DNA from: Azolla caroliniana
Lineage: Eukaryota; Plantae; Polypodiophyta
Reading direction: 5' to 3'
DNA length: 64,000 nucleotides
Assembly: GCA_043228905.1 (NCBI GenBank)
Contig: JBHGNT010000011.1
Span: 5,456,001 to 5,520,000 of the forward strand
Made by a program: the position numbers and the translations under genes. The notes beneath the pieces were generated by a model. It had not been told where the DNA came from, did no database searches, and saw only the letters and a program-made list of their open reading frames with translations. The first letter of the stretch is position 1, and every line of letters begins with the position of its first letter. Positions 13,288-24,700 of this stretch are shown here, in pieces.

Positions 13288-16200
13288 CTATGTAATCGGC
13301 GGGGGAAACAACCATTTCGGTGGCTGAAAATGCCAATAAGGAGTAGTGTACCTGGATGTCACAAATGGAGTAGCTGTCCAGATAATAAGAAACTCATGCC
13401 GTTGAGCAATTTTAGCATCAGAATCTCCCACTATACCATCCCATTGACCCTTCAAAGCATGAACTATCTCTAACCAAATATTAGAAATCACTTCAGCAGG
13501 TGGTGTTTTCAGATTATGGAAAACGAGAGAACACCGAGCTTTCCAAATGTGATAGACAGTGGTACTACTCAATATCTCCCATATTGGCTGAACTTCCTTC
13601 CTTACTCCTGAAAACTGTAATGACATCATTGATAATGTACGAACACTTCCATTTTTAGTGTAAAACCCATGGTCCATAGATTCGATGCCATAATGAAACA
13701 CATCACGGGCAAGTGATGTCCAAACGACCATGCCCCAAGTGAGAACCAACGGGGGAAAATAATTAGCGAAAATTCTAAGGAGCCGTTGCCATATCTGTTG
13801 AGAATCAATGCATTCCCATAAACAATGTTTTTGAGTTTCCGTTTGTAAATGACATCGAGTACAACATGAAGACACTCCCATCCTATGCAACCATGTGCCA
13901 ACCGGCAACGCCTTGTGTACAACTAACCACTGTACATGTAATATTTTGTGTTGCTGTTTTCTTGCCCATAAGATAGCCCAGAATTTTGCAAGGAATTGGG
14001 GAGTAATACCTTGTTGATTCCAATATTGAGATGCAGCTGGTACCACATCACGTGTATCTGAAAGTACATGTCTTCCCAACTGTACAGAATATTGGAAGAA
14101 ATTGAACTTGTTACCCGTGTAAGGATCTGTCCAATGATAGTCAATTGGGTCCCAATCTAATCTGAATACCGGTCTTTTAGCTAACACCCACAACTTCCAA
14201 TGTGTCCTTATTTCCTCTATCATTGGATCAATATACCATTTACGATCGGCATATCCAATTATCCTTATCTTGTGCTCAATGGCATAGGGGTAATCTATCA
14301 CCATTTCCCCGGACTGAGACAATTGATTTGTTTCATCCACCTCAAACAACCGGTATGTCTTATCATTTGAATAACCCTTAACAGCCAAGAGTACTTCCAA
14401 TCTTGAAAAAACCCCAATCCATCTATGGTTAGTGTTATTGGGTGGTATGGGTTGTCTACTCATAGCTTCTTGAATTTGTTGGTACATTATATGTCCGCCA
14501 TGCATATTACGTAAGATTTCTTTTTGTTCTTCCAACGATCGCGATAAAAATTCTTTCCAAGTCTGAACTGTTTTCGCGGGACCTTCTGTCATTTTTCCCC
14601 ACGATAACCATTGTCTAGAACCCAACACAAAACCATCTGATGTTGTAAACAACGGGTTCCAAACTATCTTTTGTCTGAGATACTCAAGATAATGTTTGGG
14701 GTTCGGTTTATTGCGAAGCAAACCAGGTAGTACTTGTTTCCATGCTGCAAATAATGTCCTAATAAATTTGTCTTCCCATCTAGTGGCTGAAGGTACTCGG
14801 AAATTTTCCCTAAATATCCAATTCACATCCTTCGACCAGGGAGCACCTAAGCGAGGAAAGCAATCTGAGCAACGGTCAAGCAATAATACTTTCCATATCT
14901 CTTGCCCCGGCATAAATCCTCTAACGAGCAACTTACTTAACAATGCTCTGGATTGGTCCACTGGATCAATAATACCTAATCCTCCTTTAGAGCGAGGTAA
15001 GGTAATAACATCCCATTTCACTTTGGACCGAGCATTGCCTTCTGTTTTACCGGACCACAAGAAGTTACGAACCAATCTACGTATTTTCAGAATACATGAC
15101 TTGGAGAATATCCAACATGACAAAACATACCATGTTGAAGCCAATAAAACCTGATTAGCCACTACAATCCGACCAGCAAAAGATAGCTTGGCTGAACTCC
15201 ATAACAACAACTTTTTCCGCAGTGACAATAGGAGGGGTGCCACTTGATTTTCCATTGAAAGATCAATACCTATCGTACACCCTAAGTATCGAATTGGACA
15301 ACCTGATGGTATCCATCGAAATTGCGGGTGTGGACTCCATAGAGGAGGCTCTACATCCCCCACCCAAAATGCAAAGGACTTGTTCCAATTAACCAGTGCC
15401 CCCGAAGCCTTACAAAATGTGGATATGGCCAATTCTGTTTTCTGCAGATTTTCCAAATCACCTTTTAAATATAGGGCAGTGTCATCTGCAAATTCAGCGT
15501 CCCTTACTTCTATATGTGAGAATGGGATGCGTATTCCGCGTATACCAATATCACCAGCATTCAAAAAGGAAATCATTGCCTCAGCAAAAAACAGAAACAA
15601 GAAAGGAGCTAAAGGACAACCCTGTCGAACTGATCGAGAAATAGTAAACAAAGGTCCATAATTCCCAACCAGTAAGACTCTGCTTTGTGCCGAATTATAT
15701 AATGAAGAAATACCTTTTATCCATTCTTTCGAGAAACCAAAACGAGCCAGTACACCTTGTAAAAATTCCCAGTCAACACGGTCATACGCTTTCTCAAAAT
15801 CAAGCATAACAATGGCCAACTCTTGATTAGATTTGGCTGCCAAGGCAACAGATTCCCAAAATGTATACACATTATCCAATATGCTCCTTTCCTGAATAAA
15901 TCCTGTTTGCGACGGATGTATAACTATAGGCATTATAGTACCAAGTCTTATACTAAGCGCTTTAGCTAGGATTTTATACACCGTATTCAGTAATGTAATT
16001 GGGCGCCATTTCTTGATGTCCAATGAAGGACCTTCTGATTTAGGGATAAGGTAAATTATTCCTTCTGTAAAATGTGAAGGCATAATGCCCTCTCGAAGAA
16101 TTTGTTGGAATGCTGTACATAAATCTGATTTAAACAAGTCCCAATATTTAATGAAAAATGATGGGGTTAATCCATCCATACCTGGACAACTATTCTTAGG

Positions 16201-17631
16201 CAAAGCTTGGAGTGCTTCACTCAATTCCTCATGAGTAAGAACGTCTTGAAGACTGGCATTCATATCCTGTGTTATTCTTGAACTCATTTTATTCCATACA
16301 CAAGACCGACTTATTAAATCCTCATCGGAGAATGAAATAGCTGATAGTAGGTTGGAATAGTATCGTGTGGCTATTTCTCTCATCACTTTAGGGTCAGATG
16401 AGATGGTCCCATTCTCATCTTGTAGTTGTTTGATTGAAACCGCATTATGATTGGGTCTCATTGCATGAAAAAATTCAGCTGTACATTTATCACCCATTTG
16501 GGTCCAACTAGATGCCCTATTATGGTATTGAAATTCTGCACGCTTTTCTAATAGTATAGCAAGTTCTTGTTTTGCTGACCCAATTTTCTCAGCAATCCAA
16601 GTACAGTGTGGATAACGTTCTTGTAATCGTTGTAGAGAAACAAGAGAAGTACGAGACCGTTTCTCCTTTTCTTGGATCATAGAGAACCTCTCCTTAGATT
16701 TACCCCTAAAAAATTCTGAAATACATCGTAAGCCATTAGCTACCCGCCCCGCCATTGATTCCTGTACAACATCCTTTTGTGACCATAATTGAGCCACTTG
16801 TAAGGAAAAGCTATTGTCTAACAGCAAATTTTCAGGAATCTTCATATTGGAGAATTCTTTAAGGTTTTGGGTTGATATTGAAAGAATCACTGGAGCATGA
16901 TCAGAGAAGGTAGTCCCTGGCATTATATGTATTGTACCAGTTGCTGAAATAAATTTGCCAGATACATAGAATCTATCCAATCGAGCTAAGTTAGTACCAT
17001 TTACACGTCTATCTGATCTTGAAAATAAAAGAGAGGTATTTGTATGAACCATCGAAGGAGCATGCCAAGCATCTAAAATTTGTAAGGAGAACACCAATTG
17101 TTCCCACATTGCTAATTCATGGCCATGTATCGTAGTTGAGCTACCTCCCATTCTATCAATGGGGTCCTCAAGCATATTGAAGTCACCGGCGATACACCAA
17201 TGATCAAGGGGAGGCAGATTCTCTAATAATTCTTTCCAAAATTGTTGCCTAGCAGAAGCAGTATTAGGAGCATATATATTCAAGAGTCCCCATATAATCT
17301 CCCCCTCTTGCATAATAACATATTGAGCCCTTCCAGGAATGATCACTTGTTTTTGTATAATGGATGAAATCCACCTCTGAGAAATAGCCATACAAACCCC
17401 ACCACGGACTTCCGTGTTGCCTATCGCGAGGGACCAAAACATGTCCCAATTTCCAGATAAAATAGAACCATACCGAGAAATTCTAAAAGTATTTAAATGA
17501 TGTTCTTGTATTAAAAGAAAGTCGAGGGATCCACCCACTATGCATTTGTTAATTTCTTGACGGAGACGATACTTGTATCGTCTATATAAGGGGCCCCCTA
17601 ACCCCTGAACATTCCATGACATCACTCGCAT
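13288..17631 (-). CDS. LINE 2 ORF2p: APE endonuclease, reverse transcriptase, C-terminal CCHC zinc finger (1447 aa)
   Basis: SWNVQGL, QEHH, GDFN, RLDRFY, SDH (EN); WRPITLLN, LDFEKAYD, RQGCPLAP, FADD (RT); CTRC...HCLWEC. Confidence 0.96.
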   Translation of the reverse strand: MRVMSWNVQGLGGPLYRRYKYRLRQEINKCIVGGSLDFLLIQEHHLNTFRISRYGSILSGNWDMFWSLAIGNTEVRGGVCMAISQRWISSIIQKQVIIPGRAQYVIMQEGEIIWGLLNIYAPNTASARQQFWKELLENLPPLDHWCIAGDFNMLEDPIDRMGGSSTTIHGHELAMWEQLVFSLQILDAWHAPSMVHTNTSLLFSRSDRRVNGTNLARLDRFYVSGKFISATGTIHIMPGTTFSDHAPVILSISTQNLKEFSNMKIPENLLLDNSFSLQVAQLWSQKDVVQESMAGRVANGLRCISEFFRGKSKERFSMIQEKEKRSRTSLVSLQRLQERYPHCTWIAEKIGSAKQELAILLEKRAEFQYHNRASSWTQMGDKCTAEFFHAMRPNHNAVSIKQLQDENGTISSDPKVMREIATRYYSNLLSAISFSDEDLISRSCVWNKMSSRITQDMNASLQDVLTHEELSEALQALPKNSCPGMDGLTPSFFIKYWDLFKSDLCTAFQQILREGIMPSHFTEGIIYLIPKSEGPSLDIKKWRPITLLNTVYKILAKALSIRLGTIMPIVIHPSQTGFIQERSILDNVYTFWESVALAAKSNQELAIVMLDFEKAYDRVDWEFLQGVLARFGFSKEWIKGISSLYNSAQSRVLLVGNYGPLFTISRSVRQGCPLAPFLFLFFAEAMISFLNAGDIGIRGIRIPFSHIEVRDAEFADDTALYLKGDLENLQKTELAISTFCKASGALVNWNKSFAFWVGDVEPPLWSPHPQFRWIPSGCPIRYLGCTIGIDLSMENQVAPLLLSLRKKLLLWSSAKLSFAGRIVVANQVLLASTWYVLSCWIFSKSCILKIRRLVRNFLWSGKTEGNARSKVKWDVITLPRSKGGLGIIDPVDQSRALLSKLLVRGFMPGQEIWKVLLLDRCSDCFPRLGAPWSKDVNWIFRENFRVPSATRWEDKFIRTLFAAWKQVLPGLLRNKPNPKHYLEYLRQKIVWNPLFTTSDGFVLGSRQWLSWGKMTEGPAKTVQTWKEFLSRSLEEQKEILRNMHGGHIMYQQIQEAMSRQPIPPNNTNHRWIGVFSRLEVLLAVKGYSNDKTYRLFEVDETNQLSQSGEMVIDYPYAIEHKIRIIGYADRKWYIDPMIEEIRTHWKLWVLAKRPVFRLDWDPIDYHWTDPYTGNKFNFFQYSVQLGRHVLSDTRDVVPAASQYWNQQGITPQFLAKFWAILWARKQQHKILHVQWLVVHKALPVGTWLHRMGVSSCCTRCHLQTETQKHCLWECIDSQQIWQRLLRIFANYFPPLVLTWGMVVWTSLARDVFHYGIESMDHGFYTKNGSVRTLSMMSLQFSGVRKEVQPIWEILSSTTVYHIWKARCSLVFHNLKTPPAEVISNIWLEIVHALKGQWDGIVGDSDAKIAQRHEFLIIWTATPFVTSRYTTPYWHFQPPKWLFPPPIT

Positions 17632-19431
17632 TTAAGGGAACTTAGGTTGCTGTGATGCCATTTTCATGTTTTTCGCTAACGGCTCAAGATTGGCCTCACT
17701 ACCATCTTGTTCACCACTTTTCGATTGTAAAGGTATCGTATCGCGTACCATTCTATAATGATGATGAGCTTTAGCCAATATTTGACCTTCCGATAGTCCA
17801 TCTTCATGGATATAGGTATATCCACAATTTGGAAGGATCTCAGCATCTAAGGATACCACCACTTGCCTTCGCCCCATCACATCAGACACTGGCAAGAGTT
17901 GTATAGTTGCTGCCTCTAGTCCCCTTAATAATACTTCCCCAAAATTGTCACAATTAACATATTTTGCGAAGTGTAGTGTTTGTTGTCTAATAACCAATCT
18001 AACATCCGCTGCCACCCATGTTTGTTTATCATATCCACAAAAAGGGAAAGAAAATCCTACAAAAGATTGCATAGTCTTGAAAAGAACATGAACACGTATT
18101 GATGCACTGCCATTATCAACTATGTCTCCCAAAAATTTCAAAAACTCAAACCCATATGTGGCATTCCATCGATTGATTGCAAAATCACTAGTACTTTCTA
18201 CTTGAGAATTTATCGGGATTGTGCGAATGAAGTTCGCATTTAACCCTCTCAAGCTAGACGAACGTTTTGTAGATCTGTGAAGGTTTCGCGATACATTACT
18301 CAAGTTCAAATGTTGTTTACTTGATTCCATTGTTTTGCTCTGAGTGGCCATAACAAGATTATTAACTGATTCAGTCCCTTCTCTATTAGGAGTAGATTGT
18401 TCAGAAACATTACTAATTTGGCATATCTGAACATCATTTTGAGACAAAGAGTTATCTAGTTCCTGTATGGCATCATAATGGCCTATACTTACGTGAGCAC
18501 CCTTAGATTCAATGCATTTATTGGGTATTGAGTGCCGTTTTTCAATTGGTTTCCATATCTCATCCTCGAATGTTTGGATATTTTTCCCTTTTTCATCCTT
18601 GGATGGCTGAACATTTTTCCCCTTTCCACTTCCTCCACCTAAATGAGATTGTTGCTTCTTATCCAGATTAACATGGTTAACGTCTATATACACGTTATTT
18701 GTACCATTCTGGGGTCTAACCCCGTTCTTCTTTTTTGGGCAATCTTTCAAAACATGGCCTTGCTGTTTACAATAAAAGCATTGTCCAGGCATACCTATAT
18801 ACTCCAATTTTTGCACGAATGTCGAGTTCCCGGTAAGCGATGGTAAAAGTACCTGAGTAGGTAAATTTTCTATTGAGGAAACTAGTATTCGAATTGATGG
18901 GTATCCCGTTAATTTCATTCCTATTGTCTCCTCTCGACGAGGAAGAATCGTGCCGATTCTTGCTGCAATTGATGGGAGTACAGCCATGTATTCCTTAGGG
19001 ATTCTCGGGAAAACCACGGAAATCGGGGTCAAACGATGCCCCGAATTCAACATTTCAACGGGATCAAAGCCCGGTTTCCACGGCATAAAACAAGCTATTG
19101 CATTTCGAATGTTAATCGTATTTGCATTCAACATTACCACAACGGATTCAGCGGTATCCAATTCTAAATGATAGAAAGCATGTCCAAGAAATTGCACATC
19201 GACGATTTTTCCGATCCTATGTTGGAAAGCCGCTTGTAGGAGATCTCTCAAATCTCCTCTATTTGGCCTTAAACCTATAATCCTACACACTATTGAGTAG
19301 GAATGTAGACGACTTACCTCTCTTTTCAATATCTCTTCTTCTTCCGGTGTGAAGACGATAGTGAAGGCCGACCGTGGAGGAGTTGTCGGGGGCGCTGCGT
19401 GAGAGTTCCCCTGGTGTACCGTGTCAGCCAT
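17632..19431 (-). CDS. LINE 2 ORF1p (DUF4283-like, zinc knuckle, extra C-terminal domain; 599 aa)
   Basis: CFYCKQQGHVLKDC knuckle; abuts ORF2 (TAA ATG). Confidence 0.92.
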   Translation of the reverse strand: MADTVHQGNSHAAPPTTPPRSAFTIVFTPEEEEILKREVSRLHSYSIVCRIIGLRPNRGDLRDLLQAAFQHRIGKIVDVQFLGHAFYHLELDTAESVVVMLNANTINIRNAIACFMPWKPGFDPVEMLNSGHRLTPISVVFPRIPKEYMAVLPSIAARIGTILPRREETIGMKLTGYPSIRILVSSIENLPTQVLLPSLTGNSTFVQKLEYIGMPGQCFYCKQQGHVLKDCPKKKNGVRPQNGTNNVYIDVNHVNLDKKQQSHLGGGSGKGKNVQPSKDEKGKNIQTFEDEIWKPIEKRHSIPNKCIESKGAHVSIGHYDAIQELDNSLSQNDVQICQISNVSEQSTPNREGTESVNNLVMATQSKTMESSKQHLNLSNVSRNLHRSTKRSSSLRGLNANFIRTIPINSQVESTSDFAINRWNATYGFEFLKFLGDIVDNGSASIRVHVLFKTMQSFVGFSFPFCGYDKQTWVAADVRLVIRQQTLHFAKYVNCDNFGEVLLRGLEAATIQLLPVSDVMGRRQVVVSLDAEILPNCGYTYIHEDGLSEGQILAKAHHHYRMVRDTIPLQSKSGEQDGSEANLEPLAKNMKMASQQPKFP

Positions 19432-19699
19432 CTCTTCCTCTTCGTCTACAGTTATCTATACATGCATATGTTTCCCCTGTTTCCTCTGTTTTTCTCCCTC
19501 CTTCATAACTTCAGCCAACATCGTCAATGATCATCCCATCCCTCTTTCTTCTTCCTTTCCTTCCTTCTTCCCTTCCTTTTCCTATTCTCTCTCTGTGTGA
19601 GGGTCTCTCTCTCTCTCTCTCTCTCTCTGTGAGGGTCTCTCTCTCTCTCTCTCTCTGTTGTTCTCTCAAAACGTGTATGTGTATTCTTTGTGTATTATA

Positions 19700-21157
19700 C
19701 AAACACACTTACACATAGACATACAGATATACAAGTTCACATACACATACACATACACATACACATACCAAGATTTGAAAATATTTTTACATAAGGGTAT
19801 TATCAATTATGCTGAAAAAAAATACATAAGCCCATGAAATATTAGATATTTCAATGAGATAGTAAAGAATATATTATGCAAACAATACTCAAATTTGAAG
19901 TGGCATACATACATACATACATATACATGCATGCATCCATATATACCTACATTCAAACATTACATCCATGAATATGTATATACATACATACATTACACCC
20001 ATTTATACATGCATGCTGACTAAACATAAAGATATATTACCATATGTAAATATGTACATACACATACATACATGCATTACATACTACATACATATTAAAA
20101 TTGGCCATATATATTGACATACATATATAGATAATACATACATAAAAATTACATATTACATTTATACATACACTTCCTTCCAAACATATTTTATATATTA
20201 CATATGTACAAATATATATTACCATATGTAAATATGTACATACACATACATACATGCATTACATACTACATACATATTAGAATTGGCCATATATATTGAC
20301 ATACATATAGAGATAATACATACATACATAAAAATTACATATTACATTTATACATACACTTCCTTACAAACATATTTTATATATTACATATTACACACAT
20401 TTATTATTATACACACAATTATATACAAATGCAAATATACAAACCAAACACAAAAAAAATAAAATTCATATTATATATAATAATATATATATATATTTTA
20501 TATACACATACACACATTCCATACATACAATACAATACAATATGTACATACATACACACACAAACATAACACACATCACACATGCATATCATATACATGC
20601 ATATATACCTACAAGCTACATTCATATATCACACATCACACATGCATATATACCTACATCCATGAATATGTATATACATACATTACACTAATTTATACAT
20701 ACATATTAACTAAACATAAATATATGTACAAATATATATTACCATATGTAAATATGTACATAATACATACAATAAAATTACATATTACATACATATATAC
20801 ATACACAAATGCATATATACATACAAAACACACAAAAATAAATTACATATTATATATATGTATACACATACACATACATATTAACACCTAAAGGCTAAGA
20901 TTACATACTATATATATACAAATCTTCATACTTACAAACAAATTACATATATTACATATATATACACGTGCACACACATAAATAAATTAGATATTACATA
21001 GCATATATTACACAATATTCAAATTTACACATACATAAATTACATATATACATATATAGATACATACATAGATATACATATTACATATGTACATACATAT
21101 TCCACATATCACCATATATATATGTATAGATTATACTAGACCATACAAACCACAATA

Positions 21158-21239
<82 letters not shown>

Positions 21240-21706
21240 ATATATGTATATGTATACTTACACATAAATAAATTAGATATTACATAGCACATAATCCATA
21301 CCTATTACACAATATACAAATTTACACATGCATAAATTACATATATACATACATAGATATATTACATATGTACATACATATTCTACATATCACCATATGT
21401 ATAGATCATACTAGACCACACAAACCACAATACTTACACACACACACACACATATTAGAATTATGTATACTTACACATACATTGGATATATACATGCATA
21501 TTACGTACATATTACAAACATACATCCATATACGAGCCATATACATATGTACTAAACATGAAAATATCCCAAAAATATACATACATAAATACATTACATA
21601 TATACACGTACATACATTCATACGTTTACATATATATGACCACATGCACACACATACATACATACATTAGATATATATGCACATATTACAAACATATTCA
21701 TATTCA
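19700..21706. repeat. Degenerate (CA/TA)-rich microsatellite field with higher-order repeats
   Basis: ACAT/ATAT/(CA)n throughout; ~180-bp duplicated block at 20035/20218; (CA)n run at ~21160-21236. Confidence 0.9.
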
Positions 21707-21771
21707 TTTTTTTTTTCCCCCCCCAAAAAAACACTCCTTCCATTAGTTATAAAATTTTACAAATGAGACGA

Positions 21772-24700
21772 TTATGTACAAATCCCTAAAGGGACGTGAT
21801 AGTTCCATCTAATGTGGAAGCCCACTGACTCAAGAAAGGGAGAGGACGACCATTGTTGGATGAAGGCTATGCGTTGTCTTTCAACTCCCTTGGAGCCACC
21901 TTTAAGGCCATCATATTGGCTCTTCAGAGTGGCTACAATTTCACTCCATATCTCTTGCAGTAACCTTGTTGGATGGGCGGTTTGGTTGGAGAAGACTCGC
22001 CTACATCGTTGTTTCCATAGAATCCAAAGGGTTATTGGGCTGACCAATTCCAACACCTCTTGAGATTTGTCATTAAGAGGAATAGAGTGGACATTGTTGC
22101 TGGAGGAGAAAAGGACCTCTTGTGCTTTTATCACCAAAGTCATCCCCTCCTCTTGATGCTCGTATCGGCCAATTGCAGTCTGCCATGATAGCCAACATAT
22201 ATTTCCCCACTTGATTGAACCTTGCACCTGGCATAATTGCAACGAGCGGCCAACCCCCCGCCATATTCTATGGGACGTTGGGCAGTCCCACAGAGCGTGT
22301 CGTATGGATTCTACTGCATGCGGGCACTCTACACAATTAGGAGAGCTAAGGTTCCCATGTTGCCATGCTCCCACCGGTAGGGACTTATGTATTAACAACC
22401 ATTGGAAAGTGGTAATTCGCCTCGCATGTTGTTGCTTCCAGATTTTCTGCCAAAACTTGGTGATTATTGCGGAGGGAACTTGAAATGTGTGCCTGACCTT
22501 CGCAACAGTCGGATCTCGGGCGGCTTGAGCAGCTAGAATGTGGCGACCCAATCTAGTTGTGAATTGGAAGAAAGGGATGGGTTTGCTTCCTTGCCCCGCG
22601 TAGGGATCACGCCATGTCCATTGCAAAGGGTCCCAACTGACCTTACGTAGCCATGTGTTTTCATGAGTACATATATGCCAATCAGGTTGTACTTTGATCG
22701 GATCAAGATCTACAATCCATTTATGACCAGTGTACGCGAGTACTCGAATGGTGTTATTCTGTGTGGGTGTCTCAGTGTCCCGCAATTCAGGGCCTTTGAG
22801 TCTGTCTAGTGATCCCCTACCTCTCGGGATCAGAGAACCCTCCTCCTCGTGGCCTATCCATTTCTCCATTGTCGTCCTTTGAGTAGCAGATTCCCTAATC
22901 AGTAGCGCGTTAATGATTTCCGATCTCATAGTCCATCCACCCCTGATTCCATGGAGTATGTTCGCTTGATCTTGTAGTGGCATTGACATAAACCGTCGCC
23001 AACATTCTATACTTTTGCCTGGACCTTCTGCAATGTATCCCCATGACAACTCCTTACGTGATCCCAATAGTTGATTAGATTCATCCTTGAGACATGGGTT
23101 CCATAGGATACGTTGACTAAGCCAGGCAGGTTCGGATCTCGGTTGATCACACTGGAGCCCTCGACGAATGTCACACCATGCCTTCCACATGGATGCACTG
23201 AATCTGTCCTCCAAATGGTGGGAGAAACTAGGTTTGAGATCCATGTTTAGAATCCATCCCGTTTGGGGGGCCCAATTGACCCCTTTTCGTGGCCTAAAGT
23301 AAGCGAAACGTAACCTCAGTAGCATTTTCCAACAATCATTTCCTGGTTGGAGTCCTCGCACCACAAATTTGGCAAGTAAGGCTTTCGATTGTGAAAGGGG
23401 ATCAATAAGATCCAATCCCCCTCTCGACTTAGGCGTTGTGAGTATAGGTCACGCCACCTTGGCGCGAGCTACATGGTCTTCCTTACCAGACCAAATGTAG
23501 TTGCGGACCAGTCGTTGAAATCTGATGTATACTTTCCTTGGAGATTGTCCAACATGATAGACTATACCATGCTGTTACGAGGAGTACCTGATTTGCCACT
23601 ATGATGCGACCTGCTAGCGACAATTTTTTAGAGCTCCAATGTATCAACTTTTGTTGAATGGAAAGGATAACGGGTGTAATCATAGTCTCCGGCGGTATGT
23701 TGAAACCAATTTGGAAGCCCAAATATTTGGTGCTCGCTCCTTGATTGATCCACTTGAAAGCGGGGTGTGGGTGCCACGCCAGATGTGTTTCCTGAGAGAG
23801 CCATATTGCACAGGATTTGTGCCAATTGATCATGGCGTTGGATCGCTTGCAAAATAAAACTAGCCCACTTTCTAGCTTTTGGAGGTTTTCCAGGTTCCCT
23901 TGCAGGTAGACTGCTGTGTCATTTGCAAATTCTATATCCAGGATGCTTTGGTAAGAATGAGGTATGGGAAGACCACATAGGTTGAGATGCCGCGAGTTGA
24001 GAAAGCAAGAGAGTGCTTCGGCGTATAATAGAAATAAGGATGGGGCTAGTGGGCATCCCTACCGTACAGAGTGGGATATTCGGAAAAAGGGGCCCCTTTC
24101 ACCTGTCAGCGAAACGCAACTGCAGCCATTCCTATAAAATCCTGCAATGCCTTTGATCCATGTCTCTTCAAAGCCGAGTTTCCTCATCACACTTTCTAGA
24201 AAGTTCCAGCATACCCTGTCATATGCTTTCTCAAAATCTAGTAGCACCACCGCTACCTTCTTGTTGGTCTGCTTGGCAAGGGCTACTGCTTCCCAAAATG
24301 AGAAGAGGTTGTCTAGTGACGGGAACTCAAGGCTCCTTATGTCCAACGCTCGGCCACAACCGAGATTCTTTTCATACACAGAAAACAGGAAACGAAAAAC
24401 ACGACACAAAGGAGAGGAATATACACAGGAGGTTTACGTGGAAAACCCCAAACTAGGGGAAAAACCACGGCAGCCCACATGCTGCAAACTGTCACTATGT
24501 AAGAATGTACAAAACAGTGAGTTCACGGAGGCAACGACCTCGGACTCATGATCTTCGCCATAGGCGGCGGTTACAACAGAGGCATCGACCTCTTTCTCTC
24601 TCTCTCTCTGTACAACGTTACGTACTGTCTTTGCTTCTTGCACCAACAAGAAAAATAACAACATCATAATATTAGTTTGCCCTAAGTCATATTTATACTA

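Larger units (their letters stand above)
13209..19670 (-). mobile_element. L1-clade LINE 2, apparently intact
   Basis: Poly(T) at ~13209 next to (TA)n; two uninterrupted ORFs. The 5' boundary is approximate and no clear TSD was seen. Confidence 0.93.
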
